Part shown: positions 7,667 to 19,900 of the stretch, one piece after another
Layout: every line of letters starts with the position of its first letter
How positions within the stretch are numbered: the stretch's first letter is position 1
From: Clostridia bacterium
GTDB lineage: Bacteria; Bacillota; Clostridia; Oscillospirales; CAG-382
Reading direction: 5' to 3'
Assembly: GCA_017447445.1 (NCBI GenBank)
Contig: JAFSNK010000035.1
Coordinates: 29,781 to 93,780 of the forward strand
DNA: 64,000 nt
Position numbers and translations under genes: made by a program
Notes under the pieces: model-generated
What the model saw: only the letters and a program-made list of their open reading frames with translations
Database searches by the model: none
What the model was told of the DNA's origin: nothing

Positions 7667-9814
7667 TTATTCTTTCGGAGCTTTGCCGAGCCGCTTGTTT
7701 TCGTACATTATCTTGTCCGCGCGGCGCGCCGTTTCGTTAACGGAACGGTCGATTGAAGGATCGTATACCGCAACGCCGAGCGCGACTCTTATCTCTTCCC
7801 ATTTATATTGCGCCGCGGAGCATGCCTCGATCTGCTTTTCGTTGAATTCGGCGATAAGTTTTTCTCTGTTAAGAAAATCCGCATCCTGCATTACAGCGGC
7901 GAATTCATCCCCGCCTATTCTGAAAATCTGGCTGTGTTTGAACACGCTGCAGATGAGGCGCGCGGCGGATTTGAGATACAGATCGCCCTTGTCGTGGCCG
8001 AATCTGTCGTTTATCGCTTTTAAGTCGTCGCAATCGAACACGCCTATTGCGAATTCGACATTTTCGCCCGCGTCGAGCTTATCCTGGGTATCCTGGATAT
8101 AGTTATTGAACGCGCCTTTGTTGCGGACGGAGGTAAGAGTATCGACAAAAACGATCTTGTTCAGGTCGTCGACGATATGCTGTTTCTCGATGACCTTCCT
8201 TTTCGCCCGAAGATTGCGCAGGATAAGAACGAGGATTATTAAAATAACGGCGGTGAGGACGGTAAGGATTATAAACAGGTAATCCTTTATGAGGTCCAGA
8301 AAATCGGTCTTGACGTCCTCGGTGGAATAGTAGGTGAGCGCGGTGTTGATGAACGATTCGGGGGTGGCGCGGATGACGCGGGAAAGGATGGAATAAAGCT
8401 CGGTCTCCCCTTTGTTCACCGCGAAGTAATATTCCATATCGACGCCGGTATATACCGTTGTGAGGCGGAGCTTTTCGCAGAGCTTGGAAATATTGTTGTA
8501 ACGGTAATTGCTTATTATTACGCAGTCTGCCTCTCCCGCCGCGACGGCTTCAAGCCCGGCGGGCGTATCCACAAAATACGCTATTTTCCAGGTCGGATAG
8601 TGGTCCGCGAGATACAGATCGTAGTTTGTGTTGCCCTCGTTGACGGCGACGGTAACGTCTTCCTTTACAATAAATTCCTTCTGCACGGACGCACGCACTA
8701 CCGCGTCCATTTCGCTGCGCATTATAGGCGTCGTCATAACGACTCCGTTCATTTCGCTGTCGTATTCCGAAAGGTTCGCGGGGAACACACAGTCGACATC
8801 GCCTTTCTTCATCGCCTCCAAAGCGGCTGCCGCAGTCGGGAAAGAGACCGCTTCGATATCGAGCTTTGCGTTTTCCAGCGCGGTGGAAAAGAATTCCAGA
8901 CAGTCTTTCAGAGCGCCCGTAAGCTTTCCCGTGTCCGGATCTGCAGCGCAGAACGCAAGATAGTTATCCTGATACCCGACGCGTATCTTTCCGTGCCGTT
9001 CAAGCCATTCCAGCTCTTTGGGGTTAAGATAGAGGTCGGTTTTGCTGTTGCGCAGGTATTTTTCGTTGAGCTGCAGGTTATAATACTTGTTCTCGTCCTG
9101 TATGCGGTTCATCGCGGCGTCGAGCTCGTTAAGTATATCCTGGCGGCCTTTCCTTACCGCGAAATAGAAATCGGAAGAGCCGATCTTGGAGATCGGGGTT
9201 GCGATATCCGGATCGCCGTAGATCTCCAGAGTAACGTACGCGTCGAATTCTTTGCCGAGCTTTTTAATGGATTCCTCGTCGGTGCCGTTCATTTCTATTA
9301 TCTGCGTATTTATCCCGTGCGCGGCCGCCCATTTTTCATAGAGAGATTTCTGTATGCTCCCGCTTGTAACGCCGACTTTCTTTCCGTTGAGCGAAGCGAG
9401 GTTTTCGGAAGTAATCTCGGTATTTCCGGGCGATACGAATATGTAATACGATTCGGTCCCCATCGGAAGCGAAGCGTAAAGGAACATCTCCGCGCGCTCC
9501 TCCATATAGGAGATGTTGCTCATAAGGTCGATCTTTCCGTCCTTAAGCATCTGGAGAAGCTCCGTCCAGCTTCCTTCGACATATTCGAATTCCCACCCGG
9601 TATACGCCGCGAGCTTGCACTGATAATCGTATGAATAGCCGGAATAGCGCCCGTATTGATCCTTTATGAAAAACGGAGGTTCGTGCCACCCGACGCGTAT
9701 TTTTTTTGAGCCGCTTTCCGCCGATACGGCGGGGATCGCCGCCGCGGTGAAAATAACGAGGCAAAGCAGCAGTATTATTGCCCGTATTACAGCGCGTGTT
9801 CTGTTTTGCATCAT
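7667..9814 (-). CDS. Membrane diguanylate cyclase: signal/TM, two tandem periplasmic solute-binding (SBP_bac_3-like) domains, TM, GGDEF domain
   Basis: RIGGDEF active-site motif near the C-terminus, an internal TM (FIILTVLTAVILIILVLIL), and an N-terminal signal-like helix. Start placed at the ATGATG (9814) after GGAAGGA; the ORF extends to 9892. Confidence 0.8.
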   Translation of the reverse strand: MMQNRTRAVIRAIILLLCLVIFTAAAIPAVSAESGSKKIRVGWHEPPFFIKDQYGRYSGYSYDYQCKLAAYTGWEFEYVEGSWTELLQMLKDGKIDLMSNISYMEERAEMFLYASLPMGTESYYIFVSPGNTEITSENLASLNGKKVGVTSGSIQKSLYEKWAAAHGINTQIIEMNGTDEESIKKLGKEFDAYVTLEIYGDPDIATPISKIGSSDFYFAVRKGRQDILNELDAAMNRIQDENKYYNLQLNEKYLRNSKTDLYLNPKELEWLERHGKIRVGYQDNYLAFCAADPDTGKLTGALKDCLEFFSTALENAKLDIEAVSFPTAAAALEAMKKGDVDCVFPANLSEYDSEMNGVVMTTPIMRSEMDAVVRASVQKEFIVKEDVTVAVNEGNTNYDLYLADHYPTWKIAYFVDTPAGLEAVAAGEADCVIISNYRYNNISKLCEKLRLTTVYTGVDMEYYFAVNKGETELYSILSRVIRATPESFINTALTYYSTEDVKTDFLDLIKDYLFIILTVLTAVILIILVLILRNLRAKRKVIEKQHIVDDLNKIVFVDTLTSVRNKGAFNNYIQDTQDKLDAGENVEFAIGVFDCDDLKAINDRFGHDKGDLYLKSAARLICSVFKHSQIFRIGGDEFAAVMQDADFLNREKLIAEFNEKQIEACSAAQYKWEEIRVALGVAVYDPSIDRSVNETARRADKIMYENKRLGKAPKE

Positions 9815-9896
9815 ATGAATAACATCCTTCCGGTGCAGACCGGGTACCGCAAACGACATAAGCCCGTTCTGCTTTCCGATAAAATACACCATTTAC

Positions 9897-9924
9897 ATTA
9901 TACATATTTGTTTTACAAATTCAA
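9897..9924 (-). promoter_or_regulatory. Candidate promoter of the diguanylate cyclase gene (TTGAAT-16-TATAAT)
   Basis: Read on the minus strand: TTGAATttgtaaaacaaatatgTATAAT. Confidence 0.45.
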
Positions 9925-9965
9925 TACATTCAAGACGATTTACGGGATTTTTGCGTTATATTTGC

Positions 9966-10007
9966 GAAAAAAAGCCGGAACGGCGCCGCCGCCGTTCCGG
10001 TTTTTTA
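9966..10007. terminator. Strong bidirectional rho-independent terminator ending the pilin/adhesin operon
   Basis: GCCGGAACGGCG / CGCCGTTCCGG stem flanked by an A-run (9967-9973) and a T-run (10001-10006). Confidence 0.8.
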
Positions 10008-10014
10008 CTTTTAT

Positions 10015-10857
10015 TCAGTTCAGCGTTCCGGTCACGGTTATCTTTACCCTGCCGGGCGTACGCGGCGTTCCGGGTGTGAAGGAAGCCGCGGGTACCGTGA
10101 GCGCGTAAGCTCCGCCCGCCGGGAACGTGAGCACTCCCGCGACGTAGGTGTAGTTCTCCGGGGCGACCTCCGTGCCGTTCACCGCAACAGTTACGTTTGA
10201 AGGCGCGGGCGCGAAGGCGTCGGTGAGAACGACGTTTTCCGCCGCCATATTTCCGGTATTCGTGATATCGAAATCATAGGTCAGCAGACCGCCCGTAACG
10301 ACGGGGTTCGGAGACATGGTTTTTACTATCGCGAGCTGAGCGCTCTCCTCCGCCGTGACCGTGCTGGAGGCGGAGACGGTTTCGCCGGAATAAACGGCGG
10401 AGGCGGTGTTTGTTATCGTGCCGCCCTGCGCGGCGGGCGCTTCGCCGTTCACCACAGCGTTATAAACGATGAGCGCGTTTCCGCCAGCGGGGATCTGCGG
10501 AACGGTGAAGGTAACGCCGCCGTCGCCGACCGTCCCCGTGATCTCGCCCTGCGAAACGCCGTTGATATAAAGCAGCGCGCCGCCTGCGTAATCCAGCGGG
10601 ACCACCGTTCCCTCTTCGCCCTCGTAGGCGCCGAGATCGTCTGTGATCTCCAGCGAATCGATCCCGGTTTCGCAGGAGTTGGTAACGCCGATGATATAAG
10701 TGAGCGTATCGCCCGGCGTGTAAGTCCCGGCAAGCGAGGTCTTTTCTATCGCCACGGCGCCCTGCAGTACTGTCGTCGCAAGGTTGGAAACGGCGGTGGC
10801 CGTCTCCGTACCGTAGTTATAGCTGACGCTTGCGCGGTTCGTAATGATCGTTGCCAT
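10015..10857 (-). CDS. DUF11 (conserved repeat domain) protein with two repeats and no signal peptide
   Basis: Two DUF11-like cores: GDTLTYIIGVTNSCETGIDSLEITDDLG and GGLLTYDFDITNTGNMAAENVVLTDAFAP. The N-terminus MATIITNRASVSYNYG has no hydrophobic leader. Confidence 0.7.
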   Translation of the reverse strand: MATIITNRASVSYNYGTETATAVSNLATTVLQGAVAIEKTSLAGTYTPGDTLTYIIGVTNSCETGIDSLEITDDLGAYEGEEGTVVPLDYAGGALLYINGVSQGEITGTVGDGGVTFTVPQIPAGGNALIVYNAVVNGEAPAAQGGTITNTASAVYSGETVSASSTVTAEESAQLAIVKTMSPNPVVTGGLLTYDFDITNTGNMAAENVVLTDAFAPAPSNVTVAVNGTEVAPENYTYVAGVLTFPAGGAYALTVPAASFTPGTPRTPGRVKITVTGTLN

Positions 10858-10959
10858 CCTTGTTTGTTGACTCCTTTCGGCGGTAAAGCGTTGTGCTTTC
10901 CGCTGTTAGAAGTTTATGCAAAAGAACGGCGGCGGGACAATCGGTTCTTTATTCCGTTT

Positions 10960-13900
10960 TCAATCGTTCCTCGGGTCGCCCGGGATGCGCTTTGCGCGGA
11001 CGCCGCTTCCGTCGACGCTTACTTCGAACCAGGTCGCCGTATAGCCGGAGGGAGCGAGCGTTTCCTGCAGATAATACTTCCCGTACGGGAGCGTGCCGAT
11101 GTAGAACACGCCCGTATCGCCCGAAACGCAGCTTTCCGCCACGACCGACATATCGGCACGGAGCACGTTGAATTCGGCGCCCTTAAGCGATTCGTTGGCG
11201 ATATTGACCTTGCGGAATATCACCATGCGTTTCGCGGAAGAATCGTTTATTACGCCGCGTTTTGCGATATCCGGCGAGGTCGCCGCCATACCGCTTTCGC
11301 CATCCAGCAGGAACACCGCGGAATCGAGCGCGCCGCCGGAGGTCTGTGCGGAAACGTCCGCCAGAGTGAGCCCGTATTCGGCGAGGAACACGCTGTTTTC
11401 GAGGTAGGTCTTGCCCACTATAACAAGGTACCTTCGATTGCTGAGCGAGTATCCGTCCGGCGCCTCGGTCTCTCTCATAAAGTATATACCGGTGGGTATG
11501 TTCTCGAACAGGACGGCGCCTTCCGGCAGAGTGGCGCCGGAGGAGCTGCGCAGGGTTCCGTCGGAGGAAGCCGCGACAACGCTTCTGCCGCTTTGTCTGT
11601 AGGGATTCAGGCAGGTCTTGTCGACGAACAGCGTGAATTCCGCGCCTGCGAGCTTCGCGCCGAAGCCGTCGATCTTATCGAAGCCGACGTTGAAGCCGCC
11701 CGTCCAGTAGATATACGAAGCGTCGCTTCCCGTGCTGCCGGAGAGATAGCCGGAATCGCCGCAGAGAGTAAGATCGTCGGTCTGCGCGTTGCGGAACACC
11801 GTGTAGGATTCGGCGCCGAGCGTTATGCCGCCGTTGATCTTCGCAAACGGCTTCATCATAAGATAATGCTTTTCGCTTTCCGCCCATACCCAAATCGTGC
11901 CTTCGCCGCAGGTGAGGTCGCCCGTAATAAGTATTGAAGCGGGAGAATCGCCGGTCTCCTGCAGGAAGATATCCTGGTGCGCGTAGTTATACATCTTGCC
12001 GCCGTTCTTCTTAACGAAGCGGTCGGTGCGTTTGTTGATATTCGTATCGAGTATTCGCCCGTCCGCGCCGGTGCCTTTTCCGCCGAACGAAGGGTTGCCG
12101 GACATTTCGAGCACCGAGCCCGACGCGAGATAGATCCCCGCGCCGTCCTTATCGGACTCGTTGTTGGCGATCTTTCCGTCGTAAAGCGTGACTCTGCCGC
12201 CCGATGCGGTATAGATCGCGCCGCCCTTTTCGGAGGTCTTGGAGTTGACGAGCTCCGCGCCGCCGGAAACCGTGAGCTTGCCGCCGGAAGCGACGTATAC
12301 AAGTCCGCCGTCGGTATTCGCGGCGCGGTTTTCCTTTGCGCCCTGCAGAACTATATTGTTCAGTTTAAGCGTACCGCTCAGCGTGAACATCGAGCCGCCG
12401 TCGAACCAGCGCGTTATCTTTGCGGCGCCGCTGCCCTGATACGGGAACAGATCCGCGCCGAGAGAAGCTGTCGTGAGCGTGATACCCACGTTTCCGGTAG
12501 TCGCCTGCGGCAGACTTACGGCTTCGCCGAGCAAATACTCGCCGATAAGCATCTGTATCTGCGCGCCGTTCGCCGACACGCTGTGAGTGGTGGGATTAGT
12601 GCCCGCGGAGGTATAGAGCTTGCCGCGCAGCGCTTCGAAGGCGCCCTCGCTCCCGGTGAGATCGGTATAGACCGCCGGGACGTAATAATCCTTGCCGCCC
12701 GAGGTATATTTGCGATAGAGCAGACTTCCGTCGTTCTTCGTGATCTTGCAGACCGGAAGAATGTTTACTGCGGCGACCTCGGAAACGTACGGGTCGACGT
12801 CGGTCCTGCCGCTGTTTTCGCCTATCGTTCCGGAATACACGTTGGTAAGCGCGGCGTACTTCTTCTGCTGGTCCGCCGTGAGGTTTTCCATTACCTCGTA
12901 GGTAAGACCTTTTGATAGGTTTATACCCGTGATGCTTTCGCCGTTCTTCAAGGTGAACCGCGCAACGGTCTTGTCGATGCCGTTGCTTTCGAAGAACATT
13001 TCGCCGTAGTCGCCGGTGGAGCTGTCGATCTCGTACGCGGATTTCTGACCGGGCGAGGAGGCGTCGCCTGTGATAACGACCGTGAAGGAGAACACCTCGT
13101 TCGGGTCGGGAACGACGCTGCTTCCCGATTCGACAGTCTTGCTTACGGTAAGCGAGAAGATCTGTATCCAATAGATCGTATTGGGCGCGGGATTCTCTAT
13201 TATGCCGCCCTTAAGACCGTTTCTGTCGTTGACGAAGCAATAGAAGTTATTGACGTTGTCGCCGCTCGCAAAGCCGCCGAACGGTTTCTTTTCGACGCCG
13301 TGCTCGTCATATAGCAGAGCGCCGTCCGGAACGTAAACGCCGATGTAGGAGCCGGAGTAGATGCCGCCGTTTTCGGTTTTTATAACGGAGCTCGAATCGT
13401 AGTTCAGCTCGACATTGCAGATATTCCCGGCAGCCGTGCTTGCCGCGCACCTGTTGCCCGAAACGACGACGCGTTTTGAAAGCAGGAGCCCGGAGGTGCT
13501 GCTTCCGAACGCGATCCCGCCGCCGGCGTCGGTCGCGTCGTTATTCGTAACGCTGCCGCCGGACATATGCAGGGACTTGCTCTCGCGGATGAAGATGCCG
13601 CCGCCGCTTACGGCAGAGCACCTTGTAACGGAGCCGCCCTCCATATAGAAGTTGTTTCCGGCGTAGATGCCGCCGCCGTTGCCCGCCTGCGCGGTACATC
13701 TGGAAACCGTGCCCGCGGTGAACACGATGCTGTTGGGCTTGTTCTCGAGAAGGTATATACCGCCGCCGTTCATCCCCGCGACGCAGTTGTTTATAGTGCC
13801 GCCGGAGATCCTTAAAGTGCCTTTGTTCACGTAGACGCCGGCGCCGTTCGCGGTGGTCGTTGCGTTCTGCAGAAGCGCGTTCTGCCCGAGCGTAACGGTC

Positions 13901-16900
13901 TTGCCCTCCGCTTCGATGTTGACGATGCGGGTATATCCCTTCGGGGTCCCGACTGTGCCGTCTAATATGATATTCTCGACCTGGATATTGGTCCTGACGT
14001 CGAGCATACTGTGGTCGCCCACGCCGTTGCCCCTGGCAATAGTGGCGCGCGTCCACTTCCCGCTTTCCCTGCGCGGATCAGCCGGATCGGCGGTGGTAAG
14101 AGTGATGCTTTGCACCTTATCTGTATAGATCGCTTTGATGCTCTTTTCGGAAACGAAGTTTTCCACAAGCATCTTTACGCAGTAATGAGTACCCGTATAA
14201 AGTGTGCCGCCCGAAGTATAAAGCTGCAGGTCGGTTTTTCTCAACACGCCGAACGCGCTGATGTTATCCGGCGTTTCTGAACCGCTGTTGTCGAGTTTGT
14301 CGAAAATCGCTTCCTCGGTGTGCGCGGCGTTCATATAAAGCTTGACTTCGTTGCCCTGATCGTCCACGCCGGTGATCCTTGCGACGGGAGGCCCCGCCCA
14401 GATTATCTTCATGCCGTCCTCGTCGGTACGGTCGATAATGCCGTAAAGCGTGCTGTTGTCCGCACGGAAGACCGCGTCGTTATCCGAGAACCCGGAAGCG
14501 GGTTTGGAGACGTAGGAGGAGCCGAACTGCGTTCCGACCTTATCGGCGTTGACAACGAGGATACTGCCGTTCAGTGCGCACCAAACGTAAACGCTTTTTA
14601 CGTTGTTCTTAGCTCCGGAGTTGTCCCACCAGAGCCGCACGTTGGAGGAAGCGCCCGCGGCGGTGCTGTTATCGGTAACGGACGAGGAATCGGGCTCCGT
14701 CGCGCCCTTGGAGCCGACGAGGAGCTGCCGGTTGTTGATGAGATATACGCCCGCGGCGTTTTCCGCCGACGAAGAAGCAAGGCGGTTGTCGCGGATCATC
14801 GTGTCGTTCCAGATATGCAGATGCGCTTTTGTCGCGACGCCGCCGCCGAGATTGGACGCGGTATTTCCGGTTACGGTGCAGGCGTTGAGCTTAAGCTCGG
14901 TCGTGCCGTCGTAATTGTGATATATACCGCCGCCGCTGCCGGAGGATTCGTTGCCGCGGACTGCGGTGTTCTCCAGCGAAACGAGGCCGACGTTTGAATA
15001 GAGGCCGCCGCCCAAAGACGAGGATCCCGACGCGCGGCAGTTCTCCATCGTGGAGCTTTCTACTGTGAAGGTCGCTTCGGCTTTTGCGTCGCCGGTGAGT
15101 TCGCAGTTATGGCATATGCCGCCGCCGTTGCTTTGCGCGGTGCAGTTGGAGATCACCGTGCCGGAGGGGTTTTCGCCCTCCGAAACGCCGACGTAGAGCG
15201 TTTTTACGTTGGTGTAAATACCGCCGCCGCTGCCGCCGGAGGTGTTGCGGTTGAAGGTGCAGCTCTTGACGTTGAGCATCATGTTTGCGGGGACGGAATC
15301 CTTCCCGCTGCACCATACGCCGCCGCCGTTGCCCGCCGCGGTGTTTTCGGATATATTCGATCCGGTAAGCGCCGCGGTCCACGCGTTGGTGTAGATACCG
15401 CCGCCGGTCTGACCGGACGCGGTCACCTTGTTGCCTTTTATTTTGGCGTTTGTTACGGTCATCTGCGACCCGCTTATCGGGCGGTCGTGATAAATGCCGC
15501 CGCCGTTGTTCTTTGCGGTATTGTCGGATACCGACGAATGCTTAACTTTTTCCGCACCGCTTTCGTCGGTGTACGTATGATCGGAGATCTCGACAGTCTT
15601 CGCAAGCGTATATACGCCGCCGCCTGAACCGTTGTTGGCGGTATTGCCGTTTATCGAAGACCCGTTCACCGTAAGCGACATATTCTTGCGCACGTCGTCG
15701 GTGGATCCGTTGTAGAACACGCCGCCGCCGTTGCCGTTGTAGTTATAGCCGGAAACGTTGAACGATATCGACGAATCGATGATCTTAAGCGACGGTTTGG
15801 AGGTGTTCTTGACGTAGCAATACAAGCCGCCTCCGGCGCCTTTGCAGCTGTTGTTTTCGATGGTGGCGCCTGTGATCGTGACTTTTTGCATCATATTTGC
15901 GTAGACGCCGCCGCCGTTTACGCCGTTTGAATTGGAAGTGTTTCCGGTTATCACGGCGCCGGTTATGGTAAGCGAAGAATTGGAGTTGTCTTTTTCGCAG
16001 AACAAGCCGCCGCCTTCGTTTTTGGCATAGCAATTAGTGATCTCGGTCTGTCTGCCGATAATATTGTTCTCTGCATTGCGGATATATTTCCCGGCGGATA
16101 CGCTTGCCGGAGCTTCGCCGGCGCCGTAGGTGTAGTTGTCTATCACCATCGTCAGCGCTTTGCTGTAAACGCCGCCGCCCTGTTTGTTCGCGTTGCATCT
16201 GTTGAACGTGGTGCCGTATATTTCGCACATTTTGGCGTTGCCGTTCGACAGCGAGAACCCGCCGCCGTAAGCCGCGGAACTGTTGGAAAACGTGCAGTCC
16301 TTAACGGTCGTATAAACAGAGGTGCTTCGGAATCCTCCGCCGTAGCCGCCGTTCGAAGCCGTGCCGGTAAGCTGGCAGTCGTTGAAGGTGCAGCCGATAA
16401 CCGTTACCCAGCAATCGGCGCTGGAGGTGCCGCTGTTAAGCGCCCAGACGTTGAATCCGCCGCCGTTGCGCTTCTTTGCATAGCAATGCTCGAAAGTGGT
16501 GCCTTCGACAAGTATAGTCTTCGAGTCGAGCTCCAGACCGCCCGCCGCGTCGGCGTTGCAGTTCCTGAACACGCAGTTTTTGATATTGGTCCAGGAATTG
16601 TAGTTGCCGTCCACACGGTGGAACACCGCGCCCGCCTGGTCGACAGCCGTGCAGTTTTCGAAAACGCAGTTTTCAAGAGTCATCGTTTCGGCGTTGGTAA
16701 CGAGCGCGCCGCCGCCCAAACGGTTGGAGGTCTCCGTGGTAGTGGAAGTGCAGCCGGTGAAGTTGGAGTTTCTTACTTCAAGCACCGTGCCGGGAAGCGT
16801 CACTTTGTTGTTCTTGTCCTTAGCGGAGAACATTATAAGCAGCGCGCCGCCGTTGCTGGCGTAAACGTTTTTGAAATCGACGTTGTCGATATAAACGTTT

Positions 16901-19900
16901 GTGTATTTTGCCGCTATACCGCCGCCGTCGCTGCTTCCTTTAACGCTCTTGCCGTCGAATATAAGGTTTTTAACGGTGAGCGTTGTTACGACCGCGTTGC
17001 TGACCAGGGCGTTTTCGGCGTTGATCATGGAAAGACCGTTGTCGGAATCGCGGCTGATTATGGCGCGGTCGCCTTCGCCGGAGTATTTGTAGGTCACCCC
17101 GCTCTTTGCGGCGGTCGTTATTGTTATATTGTATCCTTGAGGTATCGACACCACGTCCCCTATCGGGAGCAGGTAGTCGGTAAGCATTTCTATGACGGCG
17201 GTTTTTTCGGCTGCAAGAGTGATATCCCCGTTCTTGATCGCGTCGATGGCGCTGCTGATCAAGCTGTAAGGATGCTCGACGCCGGACGCGTCGACTACCT
17301 TGCAAATGCGTTTGTCGTCGCCGAAGATTATTTTATACGTGCTGGAGGAATTCAGAGTCGTGCCGGAGATCTGCGCAAAGCCGCCGCCCGCGCCGAGCGC
17401 AGCCGCGCCTTCCGATTCGCCGGTCTTTCTTAAGCGTATGCTTTCGCCGTCGGCGCCGTTTACGAACGAGCCGTCGAGCGTATACGCCATATTCCTGCCG
17501 CCCGGTATGAGCAGGTTGACCGAATCGCCCTCCGCGAGCTTAAGATCATCCGCGGTGATCGGCAGGAGCGCGGAACGTATCGCGCCGTTCTTGGCGAACA
17601 CGGTACCGAATCCGGCGTTCACGGCGTTGTTAATAACGCTTAGACCGTTGACCTTGATATCGGAGATATCCAGCTCTTTATCGGTATTGTTCTCTATCGC
17701 TATGTAAGCCGGTTCGGAATAATAGATGATTATCTTTTTCCCGGCGAGCGGAGATCTCGTCCCGTCGCGTTTTTCAGTCATCCACGCGGAAACGTCGCTG
17801 TCCCACACAAGTTTGGTTATATAATCGCCGTACCCGGACGCGCCCTCGACGAAAGCGCAGCCGTAGACAGCGGAGCTTGTTAAATTCATACTGCCGCTGT
17901 ACTTGGTGTAAAGCTCGGAGGCGAGTTCGGAAACCGCGCCGTCGTTGAATTCGGGGAAATAATTCGTATTGGTGTATTTGCTCGTATACGAAGCGGACGG
18001 GGGCAGTTCGGCGAAAGACTCCTGATACCGCACCTCTACTTTTACGGAGTTGCCCCAGTATAGTTTCTTGGCATTGGTATCGCTTTGAACGTACAGCGAA
18101 GCGAATCTGTCGTTGACTATTTTGGATACGTTCGAATTATTCGTATAGATGGCGAAGCGCGCGCCCGGAACGCTGCGTTCGGAAACGATACCGTCGGGAA
18201 CGTAGATGCCGATCGAAGCGCTGCCGCTTAAGCTGTCGATATTTATAACCGCGTCGTCGTCCTGGTCGAGATAAACGTTGCAGGTAGAACCGCCGAGTTT
18301 GTTGTTCTTTACCTGAACGCCGCCGTCGAACATAAGACGCGCGTCTTTGCTTCCGACGCCGACCGCGCCGCCGGAGGTCGCGGTATTGTTTGTATAACTG
18401 CCGGAGCTTAACGTAGCCCTGCCGACGTTATTATATACAGCCGCGCCGTTTACGGCTTGGTTGCCGCTGGCGGTAACGGATGCGAGCGTAAGATTGCCGC
18501 TGTTGAGATATACCGCGCCGCCGAATCCGGAAAGAGCGCTGTTTTCGGTGAATGCAGTGGAGGATATGGAGATAACGCCTGCGCCCGCGTAGATCGCGCC
18601 GCCGCTGCCCGCCGAAGCCGAGTTGGAGAGCATGCTGCCGCCGGACACCGTTAAATTGCCGCTGCCCGCGTACACCGCGCCGCCGTTCTGCCCCGCGGTG
18701 TTGCCTTTGGAGCTTCCGCCCGCGGCGACGTTCGTGAACGTTACGGTGCCTTTATCCGCGTATACCGCGCCGCCGTCCGTTCCGGCGGTATTGTTTTCCA
18801 ATTTGGAGTTTGTAATATCGACCGAACCGGAGAGCGCGCACACGGCGCCGCCCTTGCCCGCGGAGGCGGTGTTGTTTATAAATTCGGAGCTGTCGTCCGC
18901 GGATACGGAGCCCGAACCGGCGTAGACGGCGCCGCCGTCGGCGCCCGCCGTGTTGGAGCCCATACTGCCGCCGGAGATATAGACGTTGCCGTTTGCGGCG
19001 TATACCGCGCCGCCTTTATCGGAAACGGATCTGTTGGAAGTAAACGACGCTTCGGTAACGTTTACGTCGCCGCTTCCGGCATAGATCGCGCCGCCCGCGC
19101 CGGACGTTGATTCGTTGTTCGCGGCGGAGCCGTTCGAGAAGTTGACCGCGCCAGTCCCGGCGTAGATCGCGGCGCCCGATCCGGCTTTGTTGGCGTTGAC
19201 GACGGAAGTGGTTCCCGAAACCGTCACGGTGGCGTTTTCGGCATATACGAAGCCGCCGTTGCCGGAAAGCGCCTTGTTGCCTTCGCCCGCGCCGCCTTCC
19301 ATATTTACCGAACCCGTGCCGATCCATATAGCGCCGCCGTCGCTCCCCGAAGCGGTGTTGCCGACTAATGAGGGGGACCCGGAGGTGCTTACGGCGCCCC
19401 TGTTGACGCAGATCGCGCCGCCTTTGTTCGCGCTGTTGGCGGATACCGACGCGGTGTCTTTTATTTCCGCCGTGCCGTTTTCCATATATATCGCGCCGCC
19501 ACTGCCGTTTGCCGCGGTGTTGCCGCGCATTTCCGAGAATTCGGAAAGCACGACGGAGCCCGCGGAAGCGCAGATCGCGCCGCCGTTGCCGGAAAGCGCG
19601 CTGTTGGCGGAAAAGCTGCCGTTGCCCTTTACGGTTATCCTGCCGTTGCCGCTGAAGTATATCGCGCCGCCGTTCGCGGCGGTGTTGTTCCTTATCGAGC
19701 CGGAATCCACCGTGACGTTGCCGGACGAAGCGGATATCGCGCCGCCGTTGCCGATATTAACCGCGTTGATGAGCGCGGCGCCTTCGGCGACCGTAAGGTT
19801 CCCGGTATTTTTGACAAGCGGGGCGGAAGCGCTTATTTCCGCACCGTCGATAACTACGCCGTCGATGATAAGCGTTCCTTTATTATCTATCATAGCCGCG

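Noticed and set aside
10960-11700. Search for an LPXTG-type motif, hydrophobic tail, or SLH/CWB repeats at the C-terminus of the giant protein, which would link it to the sortase at 46711
   Set aside because: None found in the last ~250 residues. The protein ends in a soluble Cna-B-like domain, so sortase anchoring is not supported.
14900-19900. Highly repetitive-looking DNA (GGCGCCGCC / GCCGCCGTT runs) that could suggest a CRISPR array or satellite
   Set aside because: The periodicity is at protein level (GGA[IV]Y beta-helix rungs of variable length). There are no exact direct repeats with unique spacers, and the reading frame is intact.
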